Below, one piece after another: positions 26,601 through 40,325 of a stretch of 64,000 nucleotides of DNA. The stretch is from assembly GCA_964106915.2 (NCBI GenBank), contig OZ066914.1, one strand, 5' to 3'. The position numbers and the translations under genes were made by a program. Each line of letters starts with the position of its first letter. Positions within the stretch are counted from its first letter, which is position 1. The notes below the pieces were generated by a model, which searched no databases, was not told the DNA's origin, and saw only the letters and a program-made list of their open reading frames with translations. This DNA comes from Podarcis gaigeae (lineage: Eukaryota).

Positions 26601-28714
26601 TCAGGAAAATAAATCTTCAATGCCGTAAAGGATAGCAGAATGCAGCTCTGAGAAGCCTACACACAAAGTTCATGCCTGGTGCCATACTGAAAGAGGCTTT
26701 AAAGGAAGAGGTCAGCCACATGAGTTGAAGTGCACAGAAAAGGAGTAGTTTTGAATTGGTGAGTAGGGAAGAATGCAATTTAGATTTTTCAGGCAGGACT
26801 GCAAATAAGCTCACACCAAACCTCTGTCTCTGAGTTTTCCTATTCTTCTCCACTAACCAAAGGGTCAAATTGAAGGTCCTGTGTGTTGTTATCACAGAAG
26901 AAACAATTAGGATCATGAGTGGTTCTCTTGTAGATATTCACTATTCCTAATGTTTACAGTACCACAATTATTATTCAGTCAATTAATGTCCATTAAATCA
27001 AAATTATATCATGTTGTTTTTTTCTGTATAGATGCTTTGCTTATGAAGTGCTGTACCTATTTTGTCAAGAATAAAAGGGGAAACTAAAAGTATGTTGAGT
27101 CATCATCTTCAAGCCATTCATTAAATCTACAGTTCTCAAACCACTTAGTCTGGATTAGGGAAACTGCCAGTAGAACAAGTAGTTTGCTTTGGATCACAAC
27201 CCCTTGTTCCATAATGTGCTTGATTCATTTAATTCACTTTGACCAGCAAAAAAGAATAGCAGCAAATTTACATAAATCAAATTAAGCCAGTGTAACCCAG
27301 CTGATATCTCAAGTTAGCATCAGGGCAAAGTCCACCTAATGTCTGAATGGTTCCAATGTGTGCATTCACTAAAAACCAGTGTTGTCAAAAGCAGGAAAGA
27401 ATACTAGGCAGCTGATAGCACAATGCCACCACCTTAATAAAGGAAGAAACCTTGTTAGAAAATAGGACTTCTGCCACTACATTTTTTGGAACACCTGATA
27501 CAGCTATTTGGTGCCCTGATCCGTTGTAGTACTAGTAACAGAAACACTACTGTTATCTGTATTATTCTCTGTCTGGAAACACAGAATATTATTTACTATT
27601 TACATTTAACATAAACAACACACTCTGCCTTCTTGTCCAACAAAATCAAGCCATTTGTGTCTCTCTGATATAATTGGTGGTGGTTAAATGGCATCCTGAA
27701 CTCAAAGCCAACAAAGAATTTGCCTATAATAGGTGCAATCACATTTCATAATTACGGTTTCTTGGCTGTGTCCAACAGCTCATTGTTTTTTGGAAGCCCA
27801 AGTTGGCACTCTTCATAACGACATAAGCTCTTTTATCTTCAACAAAAGTCAAAGATGCTAACATATCATAAGAGCTAGGTTCACCACTGTACAAAACCAA
27901 GCTGGGTAGTATCAGCAGAACCAACAAATAATCCAGAATCCACTCCTAATATCCAATCAAGTGTAAAAGCAGATGCTTCTACCTTTGAAGAGCTCTGAAG
28001 CTTTCATTTTCCTCTGCCAGGTTCTTGGAGAAATCTTACAAGGTAGTATGTGTCTGATATGGTCTGTATGCTACTAGAGAAGCTCAAGTCCATGTGTCCT
28101 TTTAACATGGAACAGAAAGAGCATCGCATGCGGCAGCTGTGGAGCAAGACTCTTCAGTAGCAACTTGACTTCTGGCAGACAGACCGAGGCTTGAAGTCAG
28201 AGCACACTTTCTGCTAGTTTTCTTTTGCTTCTTTTCTTCCCTCCCGTACTCTGCCACTCAAGCGCTGCAGGACCATAACCACCCAGGCCTCATTAATCAG
28301 AAAGCAAGGCGCTTGTGAAAGGAGGGGTCAAGTGAAGGGCTTAGAGAACTAGATTGAGCAAAAGCACTGTGCAAGCCATGGATACAACAGGAGCGACATC
28401 CTATGTAGAATGATAATTAGACAGATAAGATCAACAGAGGTCAGGAAGGGACAAAAGATGTAGGCACAAGGTACAACAAACAAGAGTGTTTGTTGCTGCA
28501 TTTTCAATGCGCTGTTTCATCTGAGACTTAGGAGCTGAAACAAGATGTCTGATTTGAAAGGGAAGAGCATAGCTAACTCCAGTGCCAGAACGAGCAGGGG
28601 CTGCAATTTCAGCTGAACCAGATGTAGAGCACATGCCTTGTACACACTACACCCCAGTTTCAATTTCCTACATAACCAAGTAGGAAAGCGGGAATACTGC
28701 CTTCCCTGCCCAAA

Positions 28715-29045
28715 AACTTGCAGTGGACTGATGGTCTGGTTTGGTGGACAACAGCTTCATATGGCATTTCATGAGGAGTGGCTACAGTCTGGAGGCAGCA
28801 TGCCCTCTGGTGGATTAGAGAACTATCAAAGGCTATTACCCATGACGTCTGTTATCTACCCCTTCAGGTAGAAGCAGCAATGTTTTTGAATACCAATTGC
28901 TGGAAATCAGAGGAAGGAGGTGCACTTGTGCTCGAAATCCTGTGTGCTGATTTCCCTTTGGGGCATCTGATAGGCCACTGCAAGAACAGGATGCTGGACT
29001 AGATGGGTCATTGGCCTGATGCAGCAGGTTCTTCTTATGTTCTTG
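28715..29045 (+). mobile_element. CR1 LINE 3' fragment
   Basis: GGGCATCTGATAGGCCACTGCAAGAACAGGATGCTGGACTAGATGGGTCATTGGCCTGAT..TTCTTATGTTCTT tail. Confidence 0.75.
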
Positions 29046-29047
29046 TA

Positions 29048-29186
29048 TGCAGATAGCCCTAAGTCCCATCCTTGTTATATCTAATTAAAAGGATCTCACC
29101 CTGAAGAGCTGATATTACTGAGAACAGGCAATGGTGGGTTGGGTGGACCAATGGTTTGACTTGGAATAAGGCAGCTTCATATGCTC
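29048..29186 (+). mobile_element. Decayed Squam3-like SINE
   Basis: TGGACCAATGGTTTGACTTGGAATAAGGCAGCTTCATATG 3' motif. Confidence 0.55.
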
Positions 29187-30124
29187 AACTTGTCCTTACT
29201 GGGCTGTGGGTATAATATATCCACTTGTGTGGTGCCAGATTCATTGAAACCAGTGAAAACAGCAAAGCCAGATGCAGTGTGTTACAGAGGCATGGGTGGG
29301 AGCCACAGCTTCTTGCAAGGATTTTCTTTCTCTGTCAAACAAGATCATCCTCTGGGTCAGGCTACTCCTAATTCTTATAAACCATTCATCTCTCTTGCGC
29401 AGCCATTCATTCAACATACATCCCAACGGTTCTGAAAAGCAGGCAGAGCCGAGTTGTGCTAATTACATCTTCAACGGTATGTAACAGCCCTATCATTCCA
29501 TTGCAGCTACTGTGTAGCACACAAGCATCCCCAAGCAGCATCTCAGTCACTATGCTTGCAAGCTCTGTGGTTATACAATAAAACCCACACACACATGCAC
29601 AGTTGGTGTTGCTTATTTTTCCTGCTCTTGTGCATTCCTTTCCTCCTCCTGTAAGCAGTACAGCTTGAGCTCTCCATTATTCAGGATCTCTCCCCCCCCC
29701 CCGCCTTTCTAATGATAAGTAATAAGCTTTTCCTTTGGGGAGGGTAGATGACCCATATGGCTTACACCCATAAAATGCCTTTATGTTGAAACCAGTTTAC
29801 CTCTTGAGCAACCGCCATTGCCTGAATAATCTTGCTGCATTGATCAACTAGTCCCACTGCAGATTTAGCCAATGAAAACAGGGAGACCAGAATGGAGCAA
29901 CAGATGGAGTGTTCAAATTTCCACAAAAAAGCTGTTTCAGACATTTAGACTGTTTTCTATGCAATCTGTTCTAGGGAAGTATTTACATGGAGAACATGTG
30001 TGACCTGGCCCTCTACCGAGACAGCTGTGGCCTCGCAGAAGCAATTTTCATCACTGGGGTAGATGAAAAATATGCGCTTATCTCTTCTATCTTATCTTAT
30101 TTATCATATGTTCTTCATTTCTTT

Positions 30125-30465
30125 TTAAGAACATCAGAAGAGCCTGCTGGATCAGGCCAATGGCCCATCTATTCCAGTAGCCTGTTCTCACAGTAGCCAA
30201 CCCGAAGCCTCAAAACAGGGTAATGAGTGCATCAGCTCTCTGCCCACTAACAATTCCAGCAACTGGTATGCAGAGGCATATTGTAGAACATAGCCACTGT
30301 AGCTAGTAGCCATTGACGACCTTCTCCTCCACAAATTTGTCTAGTCCTCTTTTAAAACCATTCAAGTTGGTGGTCATCCCTACTTCTTGTGTGAGTAAAT
30401 TTTATTGTTTAACTATTGCACTGTGTGAAGAAGTTATTTCTTTTTTCTGTCTTGAATCTCCCAAC
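30125..30465 (-). mobile_element. CR1 LINE 3' fragment
   Basis: TAAGAACATCAGAAGAGCCTGCTGGATCAGGCCAATGGCCCATCT is the reverse complement of the CR1 tail, followed by more CR1 body sequence. Confidence 0.8.
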
Positions 30466-31016
30466 AAAAGGAGGAAATAACAACACTACTGGTTGTGCTA
30501 TTTGGCCAAGGAGCATTATGCAACTTCACCAAATTTCACTTATTATTGGGTCAAAGCAAAGTATGTTTCTTATGGGAGCAGTTGATCCTAAAGTGTAGAC
30601 TCTGGATGGCCTCAGTCCTGGGTCATAGGTGCAATTTTCCCAACTTTTCAAAATCCGATCTGTAGATTTCTGACTGCTTTAACTTTATTTAAGTATAATT
30701 AATGCTTCCACTGCATTGTGTTATGTTTTAATTGTGTTGCAAGTCCTTTATGAGTGTTCTAATACAACACACAAATGGCAGAGAACTCAAAGACTATGGA
30801 TACTTTTTTTAACAGACATTGTGAAGAAGACACTTTGACATGGCAGCACTGCATCCATAAAATACAGCCCCCCATTTTCCTCCATTATTTATTTATATTT
30901 ATATCAATAGCCTCAGAGATTCCCACCTATCTTTTGTTTAAAATGTCTCCAGCAAGGGGACATTAAAAGGTCTTCTGTCCAAATCCTTGAAAACTGCACC
31001 CAACCAAAGCAAACAA

Positions 31017-31465
31017 TTGTTGTTGTTGTTTAGTCGTTTAGTCGTGTCCGACTCTTCGTGACCCCATGGACCAGAGAACGCCAGGCACCTCTGTCCTCCA
31101 CTGCCTCCCGCAGTTTGCTCAAACTCATGCTGGTAACCTCGAAAACACTATCCAACCATCTCGTCCTCTGCCGTCCCCTTCTCCTTGTGCCCTCCATCTT
31201 TCCCAACATCAGGGTCTTCTCCAGGGAGTCTTCTCTTCTCATGAGGTGGCCAAAGTACTGGAGCCTCAGCTTCACAATCTGTCCTTCCAGTGAGCACTCA
31301 GGGTTGATTTCCTTCAGTATGGAGAGGTTTGATCTTCTTGCAGTCCATGGGACTCTCAAGAGTCTCCTCCAGCACCATAATTCAAAAGCATCAATTCTTC
31401 GGCGATCAGCCTTCTTTATGGTCCAGCTCTCACTTCCATACATCACTACTGGGAAAACAATAGCC
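31017..31465 (-). mobile_element. BovB (RTE clade) LINE, 5'-truncated, with (CAA)n tail
   Basis: Encodes AIVFPVVMYGSESWTIKKADRRRIDAFELWCWRRLLRVPWTARRSN...HGVTKSRTRLND, the BovB ORF C-terminus. (AAC)n tail; possible TSD GCAAACA at 31009-31015 and 31470-31476. Confidence 0.96.
31030..31464 (-). pseudogene. C-terminal 144 codons of the BovB endonuclease/reverse-transcriptase ORF (non-autonomous fragment)
   Basis: Uninterrupted frame inside ORF 31030..31620. The first ~52 codons of that ORF are unrelated flanking DNA. Confidence 0.9.
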
Positions 31466-34400
31466 ATCTGCAAACATTTAGTAAATGTTCGGAGGGAACA
31501 AAACTGGGTCATGTCTATCTTGATTACCTCCCCCTGCCCGCTGTGTTCAGTGCATTCAGCACAGGAGCAATTCTGGACATGATGAATCAATAAGCTAGCT
31601 TTAAACAAACAAACAAACAAAAATTCCTATATAGGACAGTTCCACAAGATCCATCACATTCTGGTACAGAAGCAACCACACTGACCAATCCCTGACAATT
31701 GGTCATGCTTGTTAGGGCCGATGGGAGATAGAGCCCATAACATCTGTAGGGCATCCCATTGGCTACCCTGATTCTAGTATGACCTCAAAACACAACTCAG
31801 GGCAGGGCTATACAGATGAACAGGAACTACACAGAGAAGGCAAATTTTCAGTGAGTCCTGCTAAGACCCATTAGGCAAAGTATGCAGGATGCATCCTTGG
31901 GTACAGTTGAGAGGAGACGGCATGTACCCCTCACTCCACACATTTTTCAATGCAGCATCGATCAGAGAACATGCCAGCAGTTTGTTCTTATCAAAGAACT
32001 TGGGCAGTTGCGTGTGTTTTTTCTAAAGTAGATGTGCCGCATATACTGCAGATGCTTTATTTACCTGAACTCTGGCAAGCAGAAAAGGGAGGCTGGTTTT
32101 TTTCACTGCAAGTATATTACCACTGTGAGGGGTGGGGGTGGGGAGGGAAATCACTGAGAATAAATTTTGCTTTTCAAGTGTGTCCCGGTGAGAGCAATAT
32201 AAAAAATAATTTAGGACCAACCGTGTAATTATGTGCATTTATTCTAACCTTCCATTACTGGAGATAACAAGATGAATAGTAAAATGTGAACTTTAACAAT
32301 CCTGTAATTATAGCCACTGAACCGTACATTATTGAAAGAATTGTGCACAATCCAGATGCAAAAGAATCAACTGGGTATGTAAATAGAAATGAAACTAAAA
32401 TAATCAAGTGATGAAGAAGTAATGTGCGGCACTAAATAGCTTCTCAGCATCTTTTACTGCTGTGTTTTCATTTCCTAAACAAATACTCCATTTATTTTTA
32501 TCATTTTTTTGCCACACGTCCCACAATGATGTGTTTTGTTCTGGGGGTTGTAAGCAGCCCTATGAAAAATCTCTTGGTGGCTGCTGGTTACTATTCAGAA
32601 TTTTCTATTTGACTCTTTCTCACAACTGAGGTTGCCTAGTTTACATTCATGCAATGCACAACAAATCTATTGAAATATACTAGCAGCAGAATCCAATGTA
32701 TGTTTATTCAGAACTAAGTCCTGCTGGCACTTACTCCCTAGCAAGCAGGTTTAGGGTTGTAGCCTGCAACACTTGGAAGATTCAGCCCCTTGAAGGACTG
32801 CACCAAATCAACCCAGAATAGCTTTTTTTATTTGTTTGCTATCACCATCAATTACATGGCTATAAAGTTAAGGCTCTGTTACTTTTAAGCACAAGATGCT
32901 AGCACACTTTAAGAGATGTGAAATAAAGGAAGAGCTAATACTCAGTACCTCCAGCCAACAGTGTATCCTAAATAATAATAAAACCACATGGAAAGGGACT
33001 TTTAACATTCATTTCCAGTTTTTAAAAGGGCACAGGGTGAGTTTCCAGGAGCAACATGTTCACTCCATCCATTGGCTCTGCGGCCACTCTAGGAAATGAA
33101 TTGTTGCAGAGGGAGGAGACTGTTGTAGGGAACAGTCAAGAAGATGTTGTAGAAACCGTGGAAATACCTGGATCTCAGAAGGAATGTGGTACAGGGAAGC
33201 TTGAGAATGGAGGGGTGGCTGGGAGTAGTTTCAGGCAGGTTTATAAGGAGAATTGCCAAGAGTGAGCTTTCATCCTCAGACCTGTCTCCTTGGGTTAACG
33301 TGGAGGGTGATCCCATGAAGGAACTGACCCAGCACAACCAAAGCTATCACGGAGCTGACTTGACCCACCATCCACATCAGGGACAAGGGACAACAATTTA
33401 CAAAAGGCCTCTCTCCCCATAGTTCTCATCTGTACCAGGACAATGCAATCTCTTCCGTAGACTCTGCAACTTTGGTGGAATACTGCTGGCAACCAAAAGC
33501 CTTGGTGAAGGCTGAGATACAGCCTTCTGCGTTAGCCTAGATATCAGCCCACAAACTTTCACCAGCTGCTCCTCCGTTGCTCTCCCTCAACATATTTTAT
33601 ACCAATGACAAATCCTAGTAAAGTGTCCTACAGTCTTTGACATGGTAGAGCTCAGCCTGCAACTTTAATTATGTTGAAGGAAATGCCGTTGCTTCTTCTA
33701 ATCAGTATTAATGGCCTTCTCATCCTCTGTAATAATGTTTTCATGTGAAGGATGATTTTTACAAGGGGAAACAAAGCATGCATGTCTGGAGAATAATCCT
33801 AAATCACAGTATGATGTTGCATTGATAAAGCTAAGGAGATTTAAGCCTTATCCATGACCACTCAGCACTCTCCAGGAGACCAGCGCAAGGGCCAAACCAG
33901 AGACAGTTAGTAAAGCAGGGATGCTATCAAGCCTGTACTGAGCTACTTGTGCACTGACACTGCCCTGTGCTGAAATCTGCTTTGGCAAGCCCTGGCAAAT
34001 TGGCCCTAGATATGTGTTCTCAGTCCAGCAAGTCCAATTTAAGGGCTGTCTACCCCTTCCCAATCTTTCTCTTCCCAATTACTTTCCTTAAGGGTCTAGT
34101 TGTGCCATTAGCTGTTCCTTTGGCACAGGTTTGGAGGCGATCCCAAGTTCTGGGGTTTGTCATTACAGTAATTATCCTAAGTCCTACTGAAGTCAACTGG
34201 ACAGCGGGATTAGTAAACAAGTGGAAATTTACACCCAAAAGGCATCAACAGCCAGAACACTCTCCAATTTTGAGTTAAAAAAAATGACTGCAGGACGAAG
34301 TTAGTTAATTTTTTGCATCATTGGACTAGTATGTGATAAATGATGGTGCATTATCCCTATTTTCAGAAGACTGTCAGGGAACAGAGTACATAACCTAAGC

Positions 34401-35804
34401 AGATAACACGGCCCAACCTCAAGGAGCTTACAATCTCTATTTTGATTGTGTGTGGTGAGCGGGGTGGGAAAAAAGAGGAAGAGGAAATGAATACTGGGAA
34501 GGGATGAGTAAATGCAGCTACACAGACTTAGAATTCTTTTCAGTTGGAATTGAGGACTAAGAAGCTGAGAAGCACACTACATATCTAAGCAGAAATTAAG
34601 TGGAAAGAAAGAAAAAGAGGGAGGGCTGGGCTGGGCAATGCAATGAAAGGGGTGTGTGCAGAGGAACAGATAACACAAACAAAGGCAGCTCAGCAGGCAC
34701 TTTGCAAATCTGTGCTGAAATCACAGCTTTGGTGGGAGGAGGTTAAGCAAATGGCAAAACCTTTCCCCAAGCACCTGTTTATGTTGGTGGATAAACAAAT
34801 TTGGATTAAAGGAGAGGAGAGGGAGGGTGGGAGGGAGGGAGGGTGGGAGAATCTGAGATGTCAGCATACTTCAAAAGAAGAACATTTTACTCAGTGAATT
34901 TCCCATTAGCTGGATTGCTCCTAGCACTCTCTTATATTTGCTGCCCTGACTTTCCTTGCAGGGGTGTCAGTGACAGAACTGAAGGCACACATAAAAGCAC
35001 ACCGAAATCAACCTAATCTGTACAGTTGCAAAACACTCCTCTGCAATTACATCCAGCACTATTGTTGTGCAATTTTCTGCATAGGAACATTCACACAAAA
35101 AAATAAAGACTCTTGCCTAAATCTCACTATTTTCCTTTCTCAATTCTCTCGCCTTCCCCCAAATCAAGACCTGTAAGATCAAGGTCCTAAGGGAGAAAAA
35201 AGCTCCAGGAGTCCAGCCTTTCATAATGACCAGGAATCAAGCTTTATTTTCTATAATAACATAACAGAACCCTATGTTTTAGAGAGGGAGAAAATTGGTA
35301 TAAATTGTCAGGATGTCATAAAAGTATGTGGAATTTATGTAGATGTAAGTAGTTAGTGATTTGACTCATGATCTTCCCGTTTTGCATGTTCCCTACAAAT
35401 ATAAGACGTAAAACTGCTTACCTGTCTGATTCCAGAGCAGTGTGTTTACAGAACAATAGGAAAGACAGCTCAGTAATAGTTATCTGTTTGCTAAGGATCA
35501 ATTTCCTACACATTTTCACACACAGTAGCCCAAATCTCACACCTTTGGGCTTTCTCTTCCCTCATATTTCATTTACAATCCTTTCATCTTATCACAGAAA
35601 TTTTGCTTGGTACACTAGTGCCTTTCCTTGTGGTTCCTACTTAGCTGTGGCGGCAGGTGCAACCAGGTGACATGCATGGTGGTTGCAGGTAAGACCACAA
35701 TACATTTGTGGCACCTGCAGTTTTGTACCTAGCAATGTATGCAGAAGGGAAAATTTGTCCTCGCTTGTCTCCACTCCATTGAATTGTAGGAAATAAGAGA
35801 AAAA

Positions 35805-35943
35805 NNNNNNNNNNNNNNNNNNNNNNNNNNNNNNNNNNNNNNNNNNNNNNNNNNNNNNNNNNNNNNNNNNNNNNNNNNNNNNNNNNNNNNNNNNNNNNNN
35901 NNNNNNNNNNNNNNNNNNNNNNNNNNNNNNNNNNNNNNNNNNN
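35805..35943. other. Assembly gap (N run)
   Basis: Run of N bases. Confidence 0.99.
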
Positions 35944-36236
35944 TTCTTTTGGTTTGACCCCTCTTATGTCAGGCATCTCTGTGGCTGCCCTCACTGCCCA
36001 CTCTTGCTCTCTCAAATTGCCTCCATGGAAGGTCTGGCACTATTATTACTGCCGTCAGAACACTCCCCTCTCACTGCCACTAGGGAGGCATTCTGGCATA
36101 CTGTGTTGCCACTTGTCTTTGAGCCGTTGGGTGGAGAAGCCAAGCAGCAATGTTTTGTGGAATGTCCTGACTCTTGCCGAATTCAGTGAGAGCCAGGGCA
36201 TTCTGGTGGTGGAAGTAGTGATGGTGGGAGTTGGCA

Positions 36237-36305
36237 GCCGAGCAGCATGGTGGCAGGAGGCAGTATGGTGGGTGGGGCCGAGCAGCATGGTGGCAGGAGG
36301 CAGTA
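36237..36305. repeat. 29-bp direct repeat with 40-bp period
   Basis: GCCGAGCAGCATGGTGGCAGGAGGCAGTA at 36237-36265 and 36277-36305. Confidence 0.9.
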
Positions 36306-36862
36306 ATCCCTGTTTCACCTTAGGTGGCTGAATGGGATGGACTGCCCCTGATTATTTGGTTCTTGATTCCTTCTGGCAGTTGAGTAACTCCAGACTTAAG
36401 GTCTTCCTCTCCATCACAACATATTCATGTTCACCTCCATTACCACCATGCAAATACCACACTCAGTTTCTGAGGCCTATTCAGGGAGTCCAGAATATTA
36501 TGAAAACTGTGTTCTACATGAGCCTCAGCACAGGACTGAAAAGTGTCATTCCATGAAGGGCTGTGTTCATTTTTTGGGGAGGTGGGGTGTATACTTTTGC
36601 ATAATGCTATAGTTTTTGCTTAACACTAGACTGTGCTTTTCTCCTAGTGATGCTGACAAAACTACCTGACTCTATAGGGACTCTTAAGAATCGCGTTCTA
36701 AATAAACACTGTGCACTATACTAAATTGTTATGCTAAAGTATTGCACCAATTATATTTTATAATTTCTCAGGCATTTGATCTTCTGAAGCCCAGCCTGAA
36801 CATTAACTCCTGATCTCAGTCTCTCTCTCATTCATATATAATGTTTATATTTACATATATAA

Positions 36863-37216
36863 AGAAAGGTAAAGGGACCCCTGACCATTAGGTCCAGTCG
36901 TGGCCGACTCTGGGGCTGCGGTGCTCATCTCGCTTTATTGGCCGAGGGAGCCGGCGTACAGCTTCCGGGTCATGTGGCCAGCATGACTAAGCCGCTTCTG
37001 GCAAACCAGAGCAGCGCACAGAAACGCCATTTACCTTTCTGCCAGAATGGTACCTATTTATCTACTTGCACTTTGACGTGCTTTCGAACTGCTAGGTTGG
37101 CAGTAGCAGGGACCGAGCAACGGAAGCTCACCCCACTGCAGGGATTCGAACCGCTGACCTTCTGATCAGCAAGCCCTAGGCTCTGTGGTTTAGACCACAG
37201 CACCACCCGTGTCCCG
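36863..37216 (-). mobile_element. Full-length Sauria (Squam1) SINE
   Basis: tRNA-like head with B box GGTTCGAATCCC on the minus strand and CCTTTACCTTT tail. 15-bp TSD TATTTACATATATAA at 36848-36862 and 37217-37231. Confidence 0.96.
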
Positions 37217-38991
37217 TATTTACATATATAACACCCAACAAATTAAGACAATATAAAAAGAGAAAACAAATAGAAACACAAATTCACACCTAGAGGTTAC
37301 AGCTCTGGAAAAAAAGACTATGTAGGAGGAAATACATAGTATACAATTTAAATAACAGTTATTTGTGTTTTATCCCCATGCTACCTTAGAAAACTAGATC
37401 CAAGTCATTGTGGGGTAGTAACCCTTTACCTATCAGATCATCCTGGGTCCAAGGCTCTAGTCTGTCTCCTTTTTCACAAATTCCAATTTAGAACACATTG
37501 GTTTGGTATGCTTGCCTTCTTGGGTTTTATTTTTTGGGTTTGCTTTTTTAAAGGTAGATTCATGCCAAACCACAAAGAGCTTAGTCATTTTTAGAGGACT
37601 GGCAGGAATAGTTGCATTAAGGCACTTTTGCACAGGAATTTCACACTTCTTTCCAGCCACTGATTAATGTAAAGGGGAGAGAGACCAACACTCCTAATGT
37701 AAAAGGAAATTAAAAATAAGCCAGGTGCAAAGCCATTAAGCAGAAAATGAAAACAGGGAAAGAATAGGGGAGTATTTGTTTTTCTCTAACATGCCCAAAT
37801 ATGAGCTTTAATAAGGCATATAAATTACAACCTTGGTAATTTTAATCAGCCAATAAATAACTGAACAAATAAAAACCCTTGCTTTGGCTCTATTCCCATC
37901 TGCACAAATAAAACATATAATTAAAGTTGTACACACAACACAGTTTATTTTAAAGCATAGGAAATCTACTTGTTAGCTTGGCACTGTAGCATTTTCCAAT
38001 ATACTAGGAATATGCTGCATACAGATCACAGTGCCATCAAAATAAGGCAGCAAAGTTGGTAAGGATGCTTAGCCACTCAATTGTTCTTGCTAAACAATCA
38101 GAGGAAGCAATGCTGTCAACACTGGCTGGCAGTGGCTTCCCGGAATTTCAGGCAGGTTGAAGGGTGGAAGTTTGGCTTCTCAGTGCACCAAAATGCAATG
38201 AATAATGAAAAGTGTGCAGACACACCATCAAAGACATGCTTTCAAACTGTGGCATATAGTATTTGCAGACAATCTGCTACAGTAAAACACTTCCAACATG
38301 CAATATTCCCTTCTATTTGGCAAAAAAAAGTAAATGTCAAGATGAGAGATGCTCGTGCTGTATCAACATTTCCCTGTAGCCGCAGAAACCGTTATCAACA
38401 CTGATAAACCTCTGCCAGGATAAATTTCTTATCAGAATAAGGGCCATAAGAGTGGTTTCAAATTGTGAAAGATTTAACCAATTTAAATTGGTGCCAATTT
38501 CCCCAAAGCAATCAAAGAAAGAATTTTTTTAAAGCTCTTTCAGCTCTCATGAAAGGTGTCCTCCTAGCCTTTACAGAAGCAGTTTTGAGCAATCTCTTTT
38601 ACAGGGCTGACTTCTTTCACCTCCGCTGAAACTATAAAAACGCGTATGCATACACACACATGTCACCCTGTCCTCAAGGTGAGGTAAGAAATCAAGGCAG
38701 TGCACATTCTTTCAAATCAGCCCCTTTGTGGCCTGTAAACAGCTGCTGCTGCTGCTGAGTGCCTCCTCTTTGCCCTTAAGGTACAGTCGCTGCAGGCAGG
38801 CAGAAGAAGAAACCATTGACAATGACTGAGCTGGGGCCATTGATTCCCATACTGCAGTGGAGGAGGACATAACTAATTAAAGAGCTTTATTTACTTGGAG
38901 GTCTCTCAGGAGTTACCAAGAGGGAAACAAGGATTGATTAGTGGGAGAGGTTTTCTGATAGTAGGTTCTACCAGGCAGCTGCATTATTTCA

Positions 38992-38994
38992 ACA

Positions 38995-39045
<51 letters not shown>
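38992..39045. repeat. Compound (AC)n(AG)n microsatellite
   Basis: Direct tandem repeat. Confidence 0.95.
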
Positions 39046-39051
<6 letters not shown>

Positions 39052-39258
39052 AGACTTGGTAATTTGCAATGTTTTGATCGTTTTAAATAGTAGGCCAAAG
39101 CCAATTCTAAACTCTGGTCCATTTTGACTGAAACTGTCATATGCAGAATAGATTAATAATACGAAAACATCAATTTCTTCATTGCGATTAAAATTGAAAT
39201 GCCACAAAGACAAAAACCTGACAGCTATTTACCTTGGAAACATCAGTTTTCTGTAGTA

Positions 39259-39699
39259 TAGGCATCCCCGCCCTTATGCGCTATCAACTCACACGCAACC
39301 ATGTATACGTGCAGCGCCAAGAAATAAATAATTGGATTCAAATCCAGAAATGGTGGGAGAGAGCAGGAGAGCCTCAAGAGGACATCAGAGAGGGCAAAGG
39401 AAGCCCTGAAGAGAACCGAGGCACAGTGGGGCTTTGTTTAGGCAGCTCAGCCTCCCTGCCTAACAGCTGGTGCACAGGGTAGCACAGCAGCTGCTGCTGC
39501 TTTTCCATGCATCCTCCAGCTGGCCCCAGAGCTTCAACTCCAGATATTTTGGTCCGGATTGGGGAGACAGTGGAAGAGAAAGCTGGAGAGCAGGAAAAAA
39601 CGGACATTTGGAGGCTTTTTAGAGGATGGCCCCCACTTTATGCGATTTCAGCTATGCACTTGGAGGCCAGAACATAACCTGTATGTTACGTGGTGTCCT
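39259..39699 (+). mobile_element. Older Tigger-like non-autonomous DNA transposon
   Basis: Starts TA|TAGGCATCCCCGC. The core at about 39345-39540 is an inverted homologue of about 43672-43908. Confidence 0.6.
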
Positions 39700-39822
39700 T
39701 TTTTGGCACTTTGCATTAGCTAGCATATGAGGTAGAAGCTGGCGGATCACATGATTTGATTTGTGTGAGTCTGGTGAATATAAATGGCCTTGCCCTGCTT
39801 GCCCTTCTGAAGGGGCTTACAA

Positions 39823-40275
39823 TAGGGTTGTTACATGTCCAGAATTTCCTGGACATAGCCAGTTTTCGGCCATCGGAAACAGTGTCCGGACAGAAATTGC
39901 TCGAATGTTGGAGGAAATCTGAACAACCCATGTCAAAAGTGTAGATTTTGATGAATTTCATTAATAATAGCTCAAAAACTCATTTGCCCAAAAAAGCTCA
40001 GCAACTTTTTGTTTCCATCGCATACTGCAAAGTATGAAGTGGTCCTAATTCTATTTCTGTTTTCTAGACTTGGACCAATGGCTCATTCACATTTGATTCT
40101 AACAGGATTATCATCCATGAACTGGGCTGTCTGCATAAGGTGGAACATTTTTGCAGATTTTATGAAACAGTTGCATACACTTCTCTCTAGCAAGCTGCGA
40201 CTGCGCAACAGCACTTTTCTCCCAGTGCCGTTGGGTCCGTTCTCACCTAAATATAGTGCACCCACCACTGAGAAA
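39823..40275. mobile_element. Decayed hAT-like DNA transposon fragment
   Basis: Begins TAGGGTTGTTACATGTCCAGAATTTCCTGGACAT with repeated TCCGGA/GGACA subterminal motifs. The far boundary is uncertain. Confidence 0.5.
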
Positions 40276-40325
40276 CCAGTTCCACAAATTCCTACAAACT
40301 ACCCCAGATTATCTTGTGGAGGACT

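Noticed and set aside
29801-29944. Minus-strand ATG-initiated 48-codon segment ending at GAG|GTAAAC (possible alternative first exon)
   Set aside because: Peptide unrecognised and no promoter evidence; cannot be distinguished from chance.
31058-31582. 174-aa plus-strand ORF
   Set aside because: Antisense shadow of the BovB fragment.
35641-36015. 124-aa ORF
   Set aside because: Artefact of reading through the N gap.
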